A stretch of DNA of 63,435 bases, the filler included. It is 4 parts of 4 records of this genome, joined end to end, with 100 filler letters (N's around TTAATTAATTAA, not from the genome) between each part and the next. Parts side by side here need not be neighbours in the genome. Positions count along the whole stretch, not along the records: positions 1 to 10,549 come from SRR31156797_28037; 3 more parts are not named here. One strand, given 5' to 3'. Position numbers and translations under genes: made by a program. The first letter of the stretch is position 1, and each line of letters opens with the position of its first letter. The notes under the pieces are model-generated. The model did no database searches. It saw only the letters and a list, made by a program, of their open reading frames with translations, and was not told where the DNA came from. Positions 1-8,428 of the stretch are shown here, one piece after another.

Positions 1-289
1 GAAGCGACTTAAGCGTATATAGCGACTTAAGGGAACGAGGAGATTAGGCGAAGTATTTGACCATCAATAACGGGTAGCAAATGACAACAAATGACGACAA
101 ATTACACGCGAGTGCAACGAGCGCAAATTACGCTGAACAAAGTGAAGCCAAGGACGAACGACCGCGTGCGCTAAAGCTTTAGCGGTGGCGCAAGTGCAAA
201 TGACTATCAATGACCATAAATGACATTCTTTAAACATCAACCATTTTAGATTCGGGTTGTTTAATAACATTACTTAAATATATAGCGTT

Positions 290-1546
290 TTGACATTTGA
301 AGAATTAGATTTTTACGATGAAATACTGGAAGGTATCGATGCAATAGGCTACGACAAGCCTACACCAATCCAGGAACAAGCCATTCCGGTAATCATGGAC
401 CAAAAGGACCTGATTGCCTGTGCGCAGACCGGAACAGGAAAAACCGCAGCCTATGTGCTGCCACTGTTGCATAACATGTTGGCAATTGCCGAAAACAACA
501 ATAAAATCAAAGCACTGATCATTGCTCCTACCCGGGAACTTGCCATCCAGATCGATCAGCAACTGGAGGGATTTTCTTATTATTCGGGGGTGAGTTCCAT
601 TGCTGTGTATGGCGGCGGAACAGGCACAGCTTTCGACACCGAGCGAAAAGCGATCCGTGAAGGCGCTGACATAATTGTTGCTACACCGGGCCGACTCATC
701 TCCCACCTGAACATGGGATATGTGAATCTGGATAACCTGAACACGCTCATTCTTGACGAGGCTGACCGCATGCTCGATATGGGTTTTTTGCCGGATATCA
801 AAAAAATCATCAGCTTCCTGCCCGCAAAAAGGCAAACCCTTATGTTTTCGGCAACCATGCCCCACGAGATACGCAAACTTGCAATATCGGTGATGCAGAA
901 CCCGGAAGAGATTAACCTTGCGGTTTCAAAGCCCGCTGAAAATGTTCTGCAGGCAGCTTATCTCGCCTATGATAATCAAAAAACAAAACTCATCGGTCAC
1001 CTTATTAAAGGCAAGGAAGACCTGGATTCAATCCTGATGTTTTCGGCCACAAAAGCCAGTGTGAAAGATCTTGAACATGAATTGAAACGCATGAAGTTCA
1101 ACATAAAGGCCATCCACTCCGACCTCGACCAGGCACAACGAAATGAGGTGTTGCAGGATTTTAAAAGCCGAAAAACACAGATTCTTGTTGCTACCGATAT
1201 TGTTTCCAGAGGAATCGACATCGACAACATCAGCCTGGTGATCAATTACAACGTGCCTCAGGATGCTGAAGACTACGTGCACAGGGTTGGCCGAACTGCC
1301 CGCGCCGAGAAAACCGGCGTTGCCATCACCCTGATCAACCAGAAAGAGATCAGGAGTTTTCAACGCATCGAAAGCTTTATCGGTTCTGAAGTTAAAAAGC
1401 TGCCATTGCCAAAAGAACTGGGAGACGGCCCGTCTTACGAACTCCCCGGAAGGCAGGCAAACAAAGGCCGTGGATCATACAATAAAAAGCGTAAAGGGAA
1501 CTTCAACAAAAGGCGTAAACCTCCCGGAAAACCAAGAGGAAAATAG
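290..1546 (+). CDS. DEAD-box ATP-dependent RNA helicase (RhlE-like)
   Basis: Q motif (PTPIQ), AQTGTGKT, PTRELA, DEAD, SAT, HRVGRTAR, basic C-terminal tail; TTG start. Confidence 0.95.
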   Translation: MTFEELDFYDEILEGIDAIGYDKPTPIQEQAIPVIMDQKDLIACAQTGTGKTAAYVLPLLHNMLAIAENNNKIKALIIAPTRELAIQIDQQLEGFSYYSGVSSIAVYGGGTGTAFDTERKAIREGADIIVATPGRLISHLNMGYVNLDNLNTLILDEADRMLDMGFLPDIKKIISFLPAKRQTLMFSATMPHEIRKLAISVMQNPEEINLAVSKPAENVLQAAYLAYDNQKTKLIGHLIKGKEDLDSILMFSATKASVKDLEHELKRMKFNIKAIHSDLDQAQRNEVLQDFKSRKTQILVATDIVSRGIDIDNISLVINYNVPQDAEDYVHRVGRTARAEKTGVAITLINQKEIRSFQRIESFIGSEVKKLPLPKELGDGPSYELPGRQANKGRGSYNKKRKGNFNKRRKPPGKPRGK

Positions 1547-1614
1547 TGTTTCACTTTCTGAGCGTTTTAATTACGTATTGTTTTTTGTGATAAACACTTT
1601 GAACAGAAAAAGCG

Positions 1615-1622
1615 TAATTTTG
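1615..1622 (+). promoter_or_regulatory. Bacteroidota primary-sigma -7 element (TAATTTTG)
   Basis: Matches TAnnTTTG 24 bp upstream of the ATG at 1647, supporting that start over the ORF-track start at 1470. Confidence 0.5.
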
Positions 1623-1646
1623 CGCCGCCAAAAAAGCATAAAACTG

Positions 1647-2585
1647 ATGAGTGTACCTATTAAAGAGCTGAACTACGAGGAGATAAACAATATCCTCAAG
1701 GAAAAAGACCACCGGGTAATTTTTAGAAAAACCAATATTATCCCCGACGATGAGGACCTGTTCAAGGAGCTAACTACTTATGTAGACTACGACAATATCC
1801 CACACAAATCGGTTTTGGGTATCGATATATATCAGTACAGTACCGGATACAGCCATCTTGAGCAATCACTCATCCCATTTCTGTTTCGCAGGTTTATGGA
1901 AACTGCCATCGAGCAGTGTTTCGTGAATCATCGTTATATTTTCCAGAAATATGATAAACAAAAAATAAACGACCACTTTATCAGTACCGGTGATGGTGGT
2001 TTTTTCATTTTTGATACGCCATTGCACTCCCTGCTTTTTGCCATTAATTTTGCAATTGTCCTCAGGGTTTACAACGCATTTCATTTTTACCCCAAGCTGC
2101 GTCGGATCATCGGCAGCATCAACATGCGCTATGCTGTTACTTACGACAACATCTATAAATTCGGATATAATTATTTTGGCAGGGCCATTATCAACAACGC
2201 TCGTATCCTGCAGCGTGATAACCTGAACCGATGCCTGTTTGATCAAAACGTAAATAAATGGTTCCTGGTCAACCTTGGTGGCATCGAAAACCTACAGGTG
2301 ATCACGATGACAGAAATTTCGAACATCGAAGAATTCCTTAACGATTACGATTGCAGCATCCTGGACGATTACCCGGATGAAATTTTTGGAATCATCGAAA
2401 AACGTACTTACGGTATCATCAACTCCGACATCCTGAAAATCGGATTTATCCAGTCGAAATCAACCGAGTTAAATATTTATCTCTTACACCTTCAGGTGGC
2501 ACTCAAGCTCATCAATGATGACGATCCTGATCAGACCAAAGTGTTCACCATCAGCCTGGGCAATCTGAACACTACCGGTATTTAG
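1647..2585 (+). CDS. Divergent class III nucleotidyl cyclase-like protein
   Basis: Ordered motifs VLGIDIYQYS, ISTGDGGFFIF, MRYAVTY and YFGRAIINNARIL follow the class III cyclase pattern; start moved to ATG 1647. Confidence 0.7.
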   Translation: MSVPIKELNYEEINNILKEKDHRVIFRKTNIIPDDEDLFKELTTYVDYDNIPHKSVLGIDIYQYSTGYSHLEQSLIPFLFRRFMETAIEQCFVNHRYIFQKYDKQKINDHFISTGDGGFFIFDTPLHSLLFAINFAIVLRVYNAFHFYPKLRRIIGSINMRYAVTYDNIYKFGYNYFGRAIINNARILQRDNLNRCLFDQNVNKWFLVNLGGIENLQVITMTEISNIEEFLNDYDCSILDDYPDEIFGIIEKRTYGIINSDILKIGFIQSKSTELNIYLLHLQVALKLINDDDPDQTKVFTISLGNLNTTGI

Positions 2586-2638
2586 CGGTTGATATACCAT
2601 ACCAGCGCGAGCAGTATTCGCGCAAAAATATCAGGATT

Positions 2639-3205
2639 ATGGAAACTTTGTTGACCTCGCTGGCCAGTGCAACAGTGGTTGGAGCCATTGTTACCGCATT
2701 ACTCAATTTGTTGTTTAAATCGAAGCTCGAAAAGATCACCAACGACATAAAAAATCAATCCGAACAAATCTCTACAATTTTCAAATCCAGGTATTCCTGG
2801 AAGGAACAATCTATCGCAGAGCTTTTAGGTCCGGTAAACATTCTGCTAAACAGAACTGAAATTGCATTTAAAAGGTTAAAGGAGGAAAACAAATACCTGG
2901 AAGCCAAAATTTTGAAGGAAAGCAACGAAAAAATCAGGGATTTGATTTTACAAAAAAGCCACCTCATCCCGGCAGCATTAATGGACGATGCGAACAAACT
3001 GGTAGAACATTATGACCGGTATCTGGAAGAATTTGAAAAAAAACGTGGAGGTCAAAACCCCGATCTGCAGGCAAAATTCATTTTTGTCGGTCCCCATGGG
3101 TTTCCATTTCCAAAAGGTTCAGCAGACCGGTTTCAGGAAAAATATGCAGAATTGTGGGCTGAAGTTTATGGCTCAGATGAAACAACAAATACAAAACCTT
3201 TATAA
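2639..3205 (+). CDS. Hypothetical protein with one N-terminal TM helix and a helical/coiled-coil body
   Basis: Hydrophobic LLTSLASATVVGAIVTALLNLLF followed by charged helical sequence; 188 aa. Confidence 0.75.
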   Translation: METLLTSLASATVVGAIVTALLNLLFKSKLEKITNDIKNQSEQISTIFKSRYSWKEQSIAELLGPVNILLNRTEIAFKRLKEENKYLEAKILKESNEKIRDLILQKSHLIPAALMDDANKLVEHYDRYLEEFEKKRGGQNPDLQAKFIFVGPHGFPFPKGSADRFQEKYAELWAEVYGSDETTNTKPL

Positions 3206-3237
3206 AAAATCACCAGAACTACTTTAAAAAATAAAAT

Positions 3238-4014
3238 ATGGATTTACAACTCAAAGACCAACTTTTTCTGGTAGGCGGAGCAACTGCCGGATTTGGAAAT
3301 GCAGTAGCCAGATCGCTGATTGCTGAAGGAGCAACAGTTATTGCTGTAGCGCGAAATGCAGAAAATCTCAGTGAGTTTGCCTCACAGTTTCCTGAACAAA
3401 TCGAAGCCATCAATGGAGATATCGCTGATGGTGAAATCATCGATCAGATTATTGATTTTATTGGTGACAGACGCCTGGATGGGATGCTCATCAATGCGGG
3501 TGGGCCTCCTGCAAAACCGGCTTTGGAAACTACAATGGAAGACTGGGACCTGGGCTGGTTTACAGTGGTTAGATGGAAAATTGACCTGGTGATGAAACTG
3601 ATGCCCAAATTTAAAATGCAAAAATATGGCCGTATCCTGTTCGTGGAAAGCGTATCCGTAAAACAGCCCATCGAAAACCTTGTGCTGAGTAACTCACTCC
3701 GGATGGCTGTGGTTGGATTTGCAAAAACCTTGTCGCAAGAGGTGGGGAAAGAAGGCATTACCTTAAATATTATGGCGCCGGGATACCATGAAACCCAGGC
3801 GGTAAAACGTGTGTTGAACAAAAAAGCCGAAACCTCCGGAACCACATACGAGCAAGTGCAGCAAAACCTTGAAAAAAGCATTCCGGTTGGTAGGATGGGC
3901 AACCCTGCCGATTTCGGTTCGCTGGCAGCCTGGCTGCTTTCCCCCCACTCCGGATACATCACCGGCCAAACTATCAGCGTGGATGGAGGGATTATGGGCG
4001 GAAGTTTTGGGTAG
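3238..4014 (+). CDS. SDR family oxidoreductase
   Basis: GGATAGFG Rossmann motif, INAGGPP, atypical SNSLR active site, YITGQTISVDGG. Confidence 0.9.
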   Translation: MDLQLKDQLFLVGGATAGFGNAVARSLIAEGATVIAVARNAENLSEFASQFPEQIEAINGDIADGEIIDQIIDFIGDRRLDGMLINAGGPPAKPALETTMEDWDLGWFTVVRWKIDLVMKLMPKFKMQKYGRILFVESVSVKQPIENLVLSNSLRMAVVGFAKTLSQEVGKEGITLNIMAPGYHETQAVKRVLNKKAETSGTTYEQVQQNLEKSIPVGRMGNPADFGSLAAWLLSPHSGYITGQTISVDGGIMGGSFG

Positions 4015-4109
4015 GAGGTTGTTGGTAACTGGTTATTAGTTATTGGTTTCGGAAATTCTGAAGGCATTAATTTTACTGACTAACATGGGTTCTTGCATAT
4101 ACCTGACTC

Positions 4110-4470
4110 TCAACGTTTCACCTGATTTTCCCCGAGGGGATGCCTGTGGCAGATCGTCTGATACCGATAGCTATCAGTAATCGAAACGACAAAAAGCCGG
4201 GAAGTATAATTTTGGAGATTCTGAGCTCCCGGGTTTAATTCATTTTGACGCTTGAAGGTGCTCCTTCGTCGCACGCTTCAAGGTAAGTGAAGCGCATGAC
4301 TTTCTTCCGAAGCCCCAGTCCCTATGGGAGAATGCCAATGGGAGATCGTCCGAAGGACATCGAAACGTCTAAATAGAAAAACAAACGGCCAAGTCACCGG
4401 GTGAGCAAAAGCAAGTCATGAACGACTCACCCGGTGACTATTGGCCATGAACGATTCATCCGGTGACATT
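4110..4470. repeat. Cluster of REP-like palindromes and duplicated motifs
   Basis: Perfect 14-bp inverted repeat 4392-4405/4426-4439; direct repeat CATGAACGAYTCAYCCGGTGAC at 4417 and 4446; two copies of AGATCGTC...ATCGAAACG; CTTGAAG...CTTCAAG hairpin. Confidence 0.75.
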
Positions 4471-4522
4471 CACAAATATTGGAAACCTTGATTAACTTTG
4501 CAACTCATCAAAATCTGATATA

Positions 4523-6166
4523 ATGCAAAGATTCTTCCGATTACTTATCCTCACAGCAATTATCCAACTAACTGCCTGCACTCCGATGGAAAAAGCCGAT
4601 CTGATCATTAAAAACGCAAAGATCTACACGGTAGATTCCGAATTCAGCAAAGCCGAAGCAATAGCCATCAGGGACGGAAAAATCCTGGCCGTTGGAAATT
4701 CGGATGAAATTGAATCAAAATATGAAGCCGGCCGGGTTTATGACCTCGATGGAAAACCGGTTTACCCCGGCTTAATTGATGCACATTGCCATTTCCTGGG
4801 TTATGGCACCGGATTGCTCCGCAGGGCTGATCTTGTGGGAACTACCAGCTTTGACGAGGTGATCGGTAGAGTAAAGGCTCATCATGAAAAATTCCCGGAA
4901 GCCTTTTGGATTGAAGGCCGCGGCTGGGACCAAAACGATTGGGAAGTCAAGAAATTCCCCACCAAAGAAAAACTGGATGAAGCTTTTCCGGACAATCCTG
5001 TTTACCTTACCCGCATAGACGGCCACGCTGCGCTGGCCAACAGTAAGTCGCTGGAACTTGCTGGAATTGATGCCAAAACAAAAATTGATGGTGGTGATGT
5101 AATCCTCAAAAATGGCAAACCCACCGGCATTTTAATCGACAATGCCATGGGACTGGTGAGCAACGTCATCCCGGAGCCGAGTGATGAAGCTGTATCTGCC
5201 GCCCTGAAAGCTGCCGAGAAAAACTGTTTTGAAGTGGGCCTCACCGGAGTGCACGATGCCGGGCTGCCTACCCGTGAAGTAAAAGTGATTGACTCCTTGC
5301 AAGCATCCGGCGAACTCAGCATGCCGATGTACGTGATGCTTTCACCTTCAAAGGAAAACCTGGAAACCTTTGTAAAAAACGGCCCATACAAAACGGACAA
5401 ACTTAATGTGCGCTCCATTAAACTGTACGCTGATGGCGCCCTGGGTTCGCGTGGCGCCAAAATGATCGAGGATTACAGCGACGACCATGGCAATTCAGGC
5501 CTGATACTCACCCCACCCGACACCATCCGGATGATCTGTGAAAAGGCAAATGACAATGGCTATCAGATCAACACCCACGCGATTGGCGACTCGGCCAACA
5601 GGCTGATGCTGGAGCTTTACGGAGAGTTCCTCGAAGGCCAAAACGACAAACGCTGGCGCATCGAGCATGTGCAGATTATAGCTCCTGAAGATTTCAGGAA
5701 ATTCAATGCATACAGCATAGTGCCATCGGCGCAGCCCACACACGCCACCTCCGACATGTACTGGGCCGAAAACCGTGTAGGCCCGGAACGTATTAAAGGT
5801 GGATACGCCTACAGCGACCTGCTGGATCAAACCGGCTGGATTCCACTGGGCACCGACTTCCCCATCGAAAGCATCAACCCAATGTATACTTTTTATGCCG
5901 CCGTGATTCGCAAAGACCAGGAAGGCTGGCCTGAGGGTGGCTTCAACGCTGAAAATGCACTTACCCGTGAAGAAGCACTCCGTGGCATGACCATCTGGGC
6001 CGCCAAAGCCGCCTTTGAAGAAAACGAAAAAGGGAGCCTCGAACCCGGAAAATACGCCGACTTTGTGGTATTGGAAAAAGACATCATGGAAATTCCGGGA
6101 AATGAATTACATGATGTAAAAGTGATGAAAACCTTTTTGAGGGGAGAAGAAGTTTTTAGCAGGTAG
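4523..6166 (+). CDS. Amidohydrolase family 3 (YtcJ-like) lipoprotein
   Basis: PGLIDAHCH, KLYADGALGSRGA, THAIGD, RIEH, LGTDFP; lipobox LTAC; TAACTTTG promoter element at 4493-4500. Confidence 0.9.
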   Translation: MQRFFRLLILTAIIQLTACTPMEKADLIIKNAKIYTVDSEFSKAEAIAIRDGKILAVGNSDEIESKYEAGRVYDLDGKPVYPGLIDAHCHFLGYGTGLLRRADLVGTTSFDEVIGRVKAHHEKFPEAFWIEGRGWDQNDWEVKKFPTKEKLDEAFPDNPVYLTRIDGHAALANSKSLELAGIDAKTKIDGGDVILKNGKPTGILIDNAMGLVSNVIPEPSDEAVSAALKAAEKNCFEVGLTGVHDAGLPTREVKVIDSLQASGELSMPMYVMLSPSKENLETFVKNGPYKTDKLNVRSIKLYADGALGSRGAKMIEDYSDDHGNSGLILTPPDTIRMICEKANDNGYQINTHAIGDSANRLMLELYGEFLEGQNDKRWRIEHVQIIAPEDFRKFNAYSIVPSAQPTHATSDMYWAENRVGPERIKGGYAYSDLLDQTGWIPLGTDFPIESINPMYTFYAAVIRKDQEGWPEGGFNAENALTREEALRGMTIWAAKAAFEENEKGSLEPGKYADFVVLEKDIMEIPGNELHDVKVMKTFLRGEEVFSR

Positions 6167-6381
6167 TGATGGGAATAAGTCTCTGTGATACTACGTGGCT
6201 TCTCTGTGCAACTTTGTGGTATAGCTTACGTTGCTGTTTCACAGAGCCCCGCAACGAAGTGTCAAAGTTTCACAAAGATTTCTCAGTTTTTACAGGATAT
6301 ATTTTCACTCTAGGTTTTGATCTCTCCTTTGTACTCCATATCACAATTCAAATATCAAACATCGGACATCAGATATCATTT

Positions 6382-6417
6382 AAAAAGAAAGCCGGCCTCC
6401 TGCTGGAAACCGGCTTC
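6382..6417 (-). terminator. Intrinsic terminator downstream of pckA
   Basis: AAGCCGG...CCGGCTT stem followed by a T-rich run on the minus strand. Confidence 0.6.
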
Positions 6418-6448
6418 TGTAAAAACCTTTTGCTTCTTTAATTATTTG

Positions 6449-8104
6449 CTATTTCCCCGGACAAACCTTCACCACGCTCTCCTTGATGTTTTTATTTCCG
6501 TAGGCTTTATCAAAAGCATCGCTGAATTTTTGTGCCAGCATCTGCGCCTGTTTGTCATAGGCCAGTTTATCTTCCCAGGTGTTTTTGGCCGTCAGCATAT
6601 CTGAAGGCACTCCCGGACATGTTTTGGGTACATTCAGGTGGAAAGTTTCATCATAGGTATATTCCACATCTTTGAGTGAACCGTTTAGTGCGGCATCAAC
6701 CATTTTACGTGTAAGTTTAATATCCATGCGTTTACCAACACCATAAGCTCCACCACTCCAACCGGTGTTTACAAGGTAAACCTGCGTACCATGTTGTTCC
6801 ATTTTTTCACCCAGCATACCGGCATATACATCAGGGTTTGACGGCATAAACGGCTGGCCAAAGAAACGTGAAAACGTAGCCTGGGGCTCAGTAACGCCGG
6901 TCTCAGTTCCGGCAAGCTTGCTGGTATAACCCATCAGGAACCAAAGCATGGCCTGGTCCGGATCAAGCTTTGATACCGGAGGCAAAACACCATAGGCATC
7001 GGCGGTGAGGAAAAGAATAGTTGTCGGGTGGCCTGATGTGGATGATTCCTTGATATTTTTCAAATATGAAAGCAGGTATGATGCGCGTGAGTTTGGAGTA
7101 AACCTGTCATCGTAATAATCAAATTTCCCGTTGGGGTAGATCATCGCATTTTCGACGATAGAACCGTGGTTCAGGTAATCATCTTTGTGCATCACAGCAT
7201 CATAGATATCCGGCTCTTTTTCCGGATCGATATCAATCATTTTGGCATAGCAGCCATTCTCGAAGTTGGCAATTCCACGCTCTCCCCAGCCATGTTCGTC
7301 GTCACCAAGCAGTGCGCGGTTCGGATCGGCTGAGAGGGTAGTTTTTCCGGTTCCCGAAAGGCCAAGCAACAGCGCTGAACTTCCATCATTCCCTTCGTTT
7401 GCTGAACAGTGCAATGGTAATATTCCTTCAAAGGGCAGCAGATAATTCATCACCGTAAACAGCATCTTTTTGATACTTCCGCAATAAGCTGATCCCACAA
7501 TAACACCCAATTTGCGATCCATATCCATGGCTACCACCATATTGGAGGTACTGCCATCAGGCATTTTGCGAAGGCGGCCTTCATAATTGGCGCTTTTCAG
7601 TTTATCGTAGGGCAAAGCAAGCAGGGTATACCCATTGTTGTAAAAGCAACTTTTCCTGATATCAGCAGGAACCGGGCGAAACATATTATCCACAAATACC
7701 GAATGAAGGGCCTTGTTGGTAACAACCTTAACCGGCAAAGCATAGGTGCTGTCGGCTCCAATTACGCGATCTGTCTCATAAACTTTTTCTTTTGTTGTGA
7801 GAATTTCCAGTGCTTCTTCAAAAATGATATCAAATGTTTCTTCAGTGATCGGAACATTATTTGGTGATGACCAGTCGATGGTGTCCTGACTGGAAGCACG
7901 TTTCACGATTACGGTATCCTTGGGTGAGCGACCTGTTGACTCAGATGGCGTCCAGGTGGCCAGCGCACCTGACTCAGAAACAACGGCTTCCTTATTATCC
8001 ACCGATTCCCTGATATACTCTTTCCTGGGAATATTACTGTAAACATTTGCATGTTCTGCAACAACTTTAGCAAGCTTTTCTTTGAGAATTCCTGTATTAC
8101 TCAT
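6449..8104 (-). CDS. pckA: Phosphoenolpyruvate carboxykinase (ATP)
   Basis: TGRSPKD, GLSGTGKTTLS, LLGDDEHGW, NFENGCYAK, YLVNTGW. Confidence 0.97.
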   Translation of the reverse strand: MSNTGILKEKLAKVVAEHANVYSNIPRKEYIRESVDNKEAVVSESGALATWTPSESTGRSPKDTVIVKRASSQDTIDWSSPNNVPITEETFDIIFEEALEILTTKEKVYETDRVIGADSTYALPVKVVTNKALHSVFVDNMFRPVPADIRKSCFYNNGYTLLALPYDKLKSANYEGRLRKMPDGSTSNMVVAMDMDRKLGVIVGSAYCGSIKKMLFTVMNYLLPFEGILPLHCSANEGNDGSSALLLGLSGTGKTTLSADPNRALLGDDEHGWGERGIANFENGCYAKMIDIDPEKEPDIYDAVMHKDDYLNHGSIVENAMIYPNGKFDYYDDRFTPNSRASYLLSYLKNIKESSTSGHPTTILFLTADAYGVLPPVSKLDPDQAMLWFLMGYTSKLAGTETGVTEPQATFSRFFGQPFMPSNPDVYAGMLGEKMEQHGTQVYLVNTGWSGGAYGVGKRMDIKLTRKMVDAALNGSLKDVEYTYDETFHLNVPKTCPGVPSDMLTAKNTWEDKLAYDKQAQMLAQKFSDAFDKAYGNKNIKESVVKVCPGK

Positions 8105-8376
8105 AATGTTTTGGATTTATAATTATATCGGATAAACTAACTGACAATTAATCATTTAAAACTTCAGTTTCATTTTTAAATAAGGGGTGCAAATATCTTA
8201 ATTTTTTTAGGATTAATATCTATGTATTTAAATAAAAATTAACCAATTGATCTATTGAACGATAGCCAGCGTTTTCGATCTTTAATTTCATTTTATGCTG
8301 TCATCGTGAAAATTGGGCAAACCACCGTGATCCATCCCACCCGCTGGCTTAAGACTAAGTATTAATGGCCAGAAAC

Positions 8377-8412
8377 AAAAAAAGTACCCCGGTTATGAGG
8401 TACTTTTTTTTT
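8377..8412. terminator. Intrinsic terminator hairpin after the T9SS cargo gene
   Basis: AAAAAAAGTACC...GGTACTTTTTTT, with A/T runs on both sides. Confidence 0.7.
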
Positions 8413-8428
8413 CCAGATTATTGTATTC

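Noticed and set aside
1470-1646. Long N-terminal extensions in the ORF track (also 14842, 18639, 29462, 36586, 37296, 38787, 44128, 55671, 57944)
   Set aside because: They overlap neighbouring genes or promoters; downstream starts fit RBS, coupling or signal peptides better.
4150-4370. CTGAT...GAAAC motifs suggesting hammerhead ribozymes
   Set aside because: The CUGANGA core is absent (CTGATAC; none in the second copy) and stems I/III are not evident.
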